From Paraspadella gotoi (lineage: Eukaryota > Animalia > Chaetognatha), in the NCBI GenBank assembly GCA_051294375.1, contig CM119265.1:5072999-5136998 (forward strand): a DNA stretch of 64,000 nt, in the 5' to 3' direction. Below are positions 62,854 through 64,000 of this stretch, in pieces (the stretch's first letter is position 1; the number at the start of each line of letters is the position of its first letter). The position numbers were made by a program, and so were the translations under genes. The notes under the pieces were generated by a model. The model did no database searches. It worked only from the letters and a program-made list of their open reading frames with translations, and had not been told where the DNA came from.

Positions 62854-64000
62854 TGAAAAAGTCGAGGAATGGGTGATGGATGAAAGATGAAACAGAGAAT
62901 AAGCCTCGGGATATATTTTCAAAGAGAGAGAGAGAGAGTTTTTGTCCTGGGGGACAGGGGGCACAATGCGAGCGTTGAAACGGAAGGGTAAGCGGGCGAG
63001 AGGAGGGAAAGCAAAACCCGAAGAGGAGAAGTAGAGAGAAGAGAAGGACAAGGAAGAGAAGGAAAAGAAAGGGAGAAGAGAGAGAGAGGGAGAGAGAGAG
63101 AGTGAGAGAGAGGAGAGAGAGAGAGAGAATAGAGAGAGAGAGAATACATGATAGAAAGTAATGATGATATAAGAAAAGAAAAGAAACAAAAAGTAAAGAA
63201 AAGAAAAAAAAGAAAAAAAGAAGAAAAAAAGACGAAAAGATAAAAAAAAAAAGAAAACAAAACAAAATAACAATGAGTAAAAAAAGAAAAGAAAAGAAAA
63301 AAAAATATAAAAAGTCGCCGCGGATAAAGTTTTTTTAAAAAGGTGCAAAAACGGGAGAAAACTTGGTCCATCGGTCCAAGTCTGAGGTCGAAAGGGTTAA
63401 TGGGAGTCTTGGGCGGATTTGCGAGGAGATCCTGGCGAAAGGGATACTTTCGAGAGGAAGGGGGGGGGGAAGCTCGAGAATCGAGACGAAGATAACGATT
63501 TGGTGAAAGGAATGAATGGACAAAAGGATTGAGAGTTGGGAGTGGGCAGTCGGGAGTGGGCAGGTGGCTGTGGTCTGTGGTCAGTGGTTAGTGAGAAGAC
63601 TGGGGAGTGGACAAACCTTTTTTAAAAGGTCAGTTTTAACAAGGAACAAAAGGGATGTATTTAATAAAAAAATAGGCCCTTATAAATAATATAAACACAA
63701 AGAGTAGCAGCGAGAGTAAGAAAACTAATAATTGAATTAAACGCAGGTGAACAGCCGTGCGTCGAAGCTTCAATGTGGTTTAAGTAAGCGACGCTACATA
63801 TTAAATGGAAAATTGCGGTTCTAGCGTTTGTGCGACGACGATAATGACGACGAAATTGAAAACCATAACAAGGACGATGTCGACGACGACGACTGACGAC
63901 GACGACGACGTAGGCGACTACGACGACCCTCCATGAGCGTGGGTGTCACCTCCATTAGCGGCGTCGCTGAAAAAGCGATGGGAGAAATTTGGCGAGATGG

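Overview
Eukaryotic, probably invertebrate animal, non-coding DNA. It is rich in (GA)n and (ACG)n microsatellites and comes from a draft assembly patched with uncorrected long reads: six gaps are exactly 25 N and many stretches are full of indels. About half of the window is redundant, with the same loci repeated as direct or inverted noisy copies, often joined mosaically. The only recognisable coding sequence is a Jockey-like non-LTR retrotransposon (gag-like ORF1 with three CCHC knuckles; ORF2 with APE endonuclease and reverse transcriptase), present twice at about 2.6-6.5 kb and 6.8-12.0 kb. Comparing the redundant copies by eye shows several differences. (1) A 2.4-kb non-autonomous TIR element with an 18-bp array and a nested MITE, present in one copy and absent from the other. 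(2) A 900-bp segment with both reciprocal inversion junctions. (3) A possible inversion cutting through the LINE. (4) A VNTR and a candidate micro-inversion. There is also a candidate miniature LTR element (TRIM) and several promoter-like motif clusters. No host protein gene, RNA gene or CRISPR array can be supported. Most fold-back structure is best explained as read chimerism or over-filled gaps; I found no clearly established novel system. All alignments were done by eye and most boundaries are approximate.
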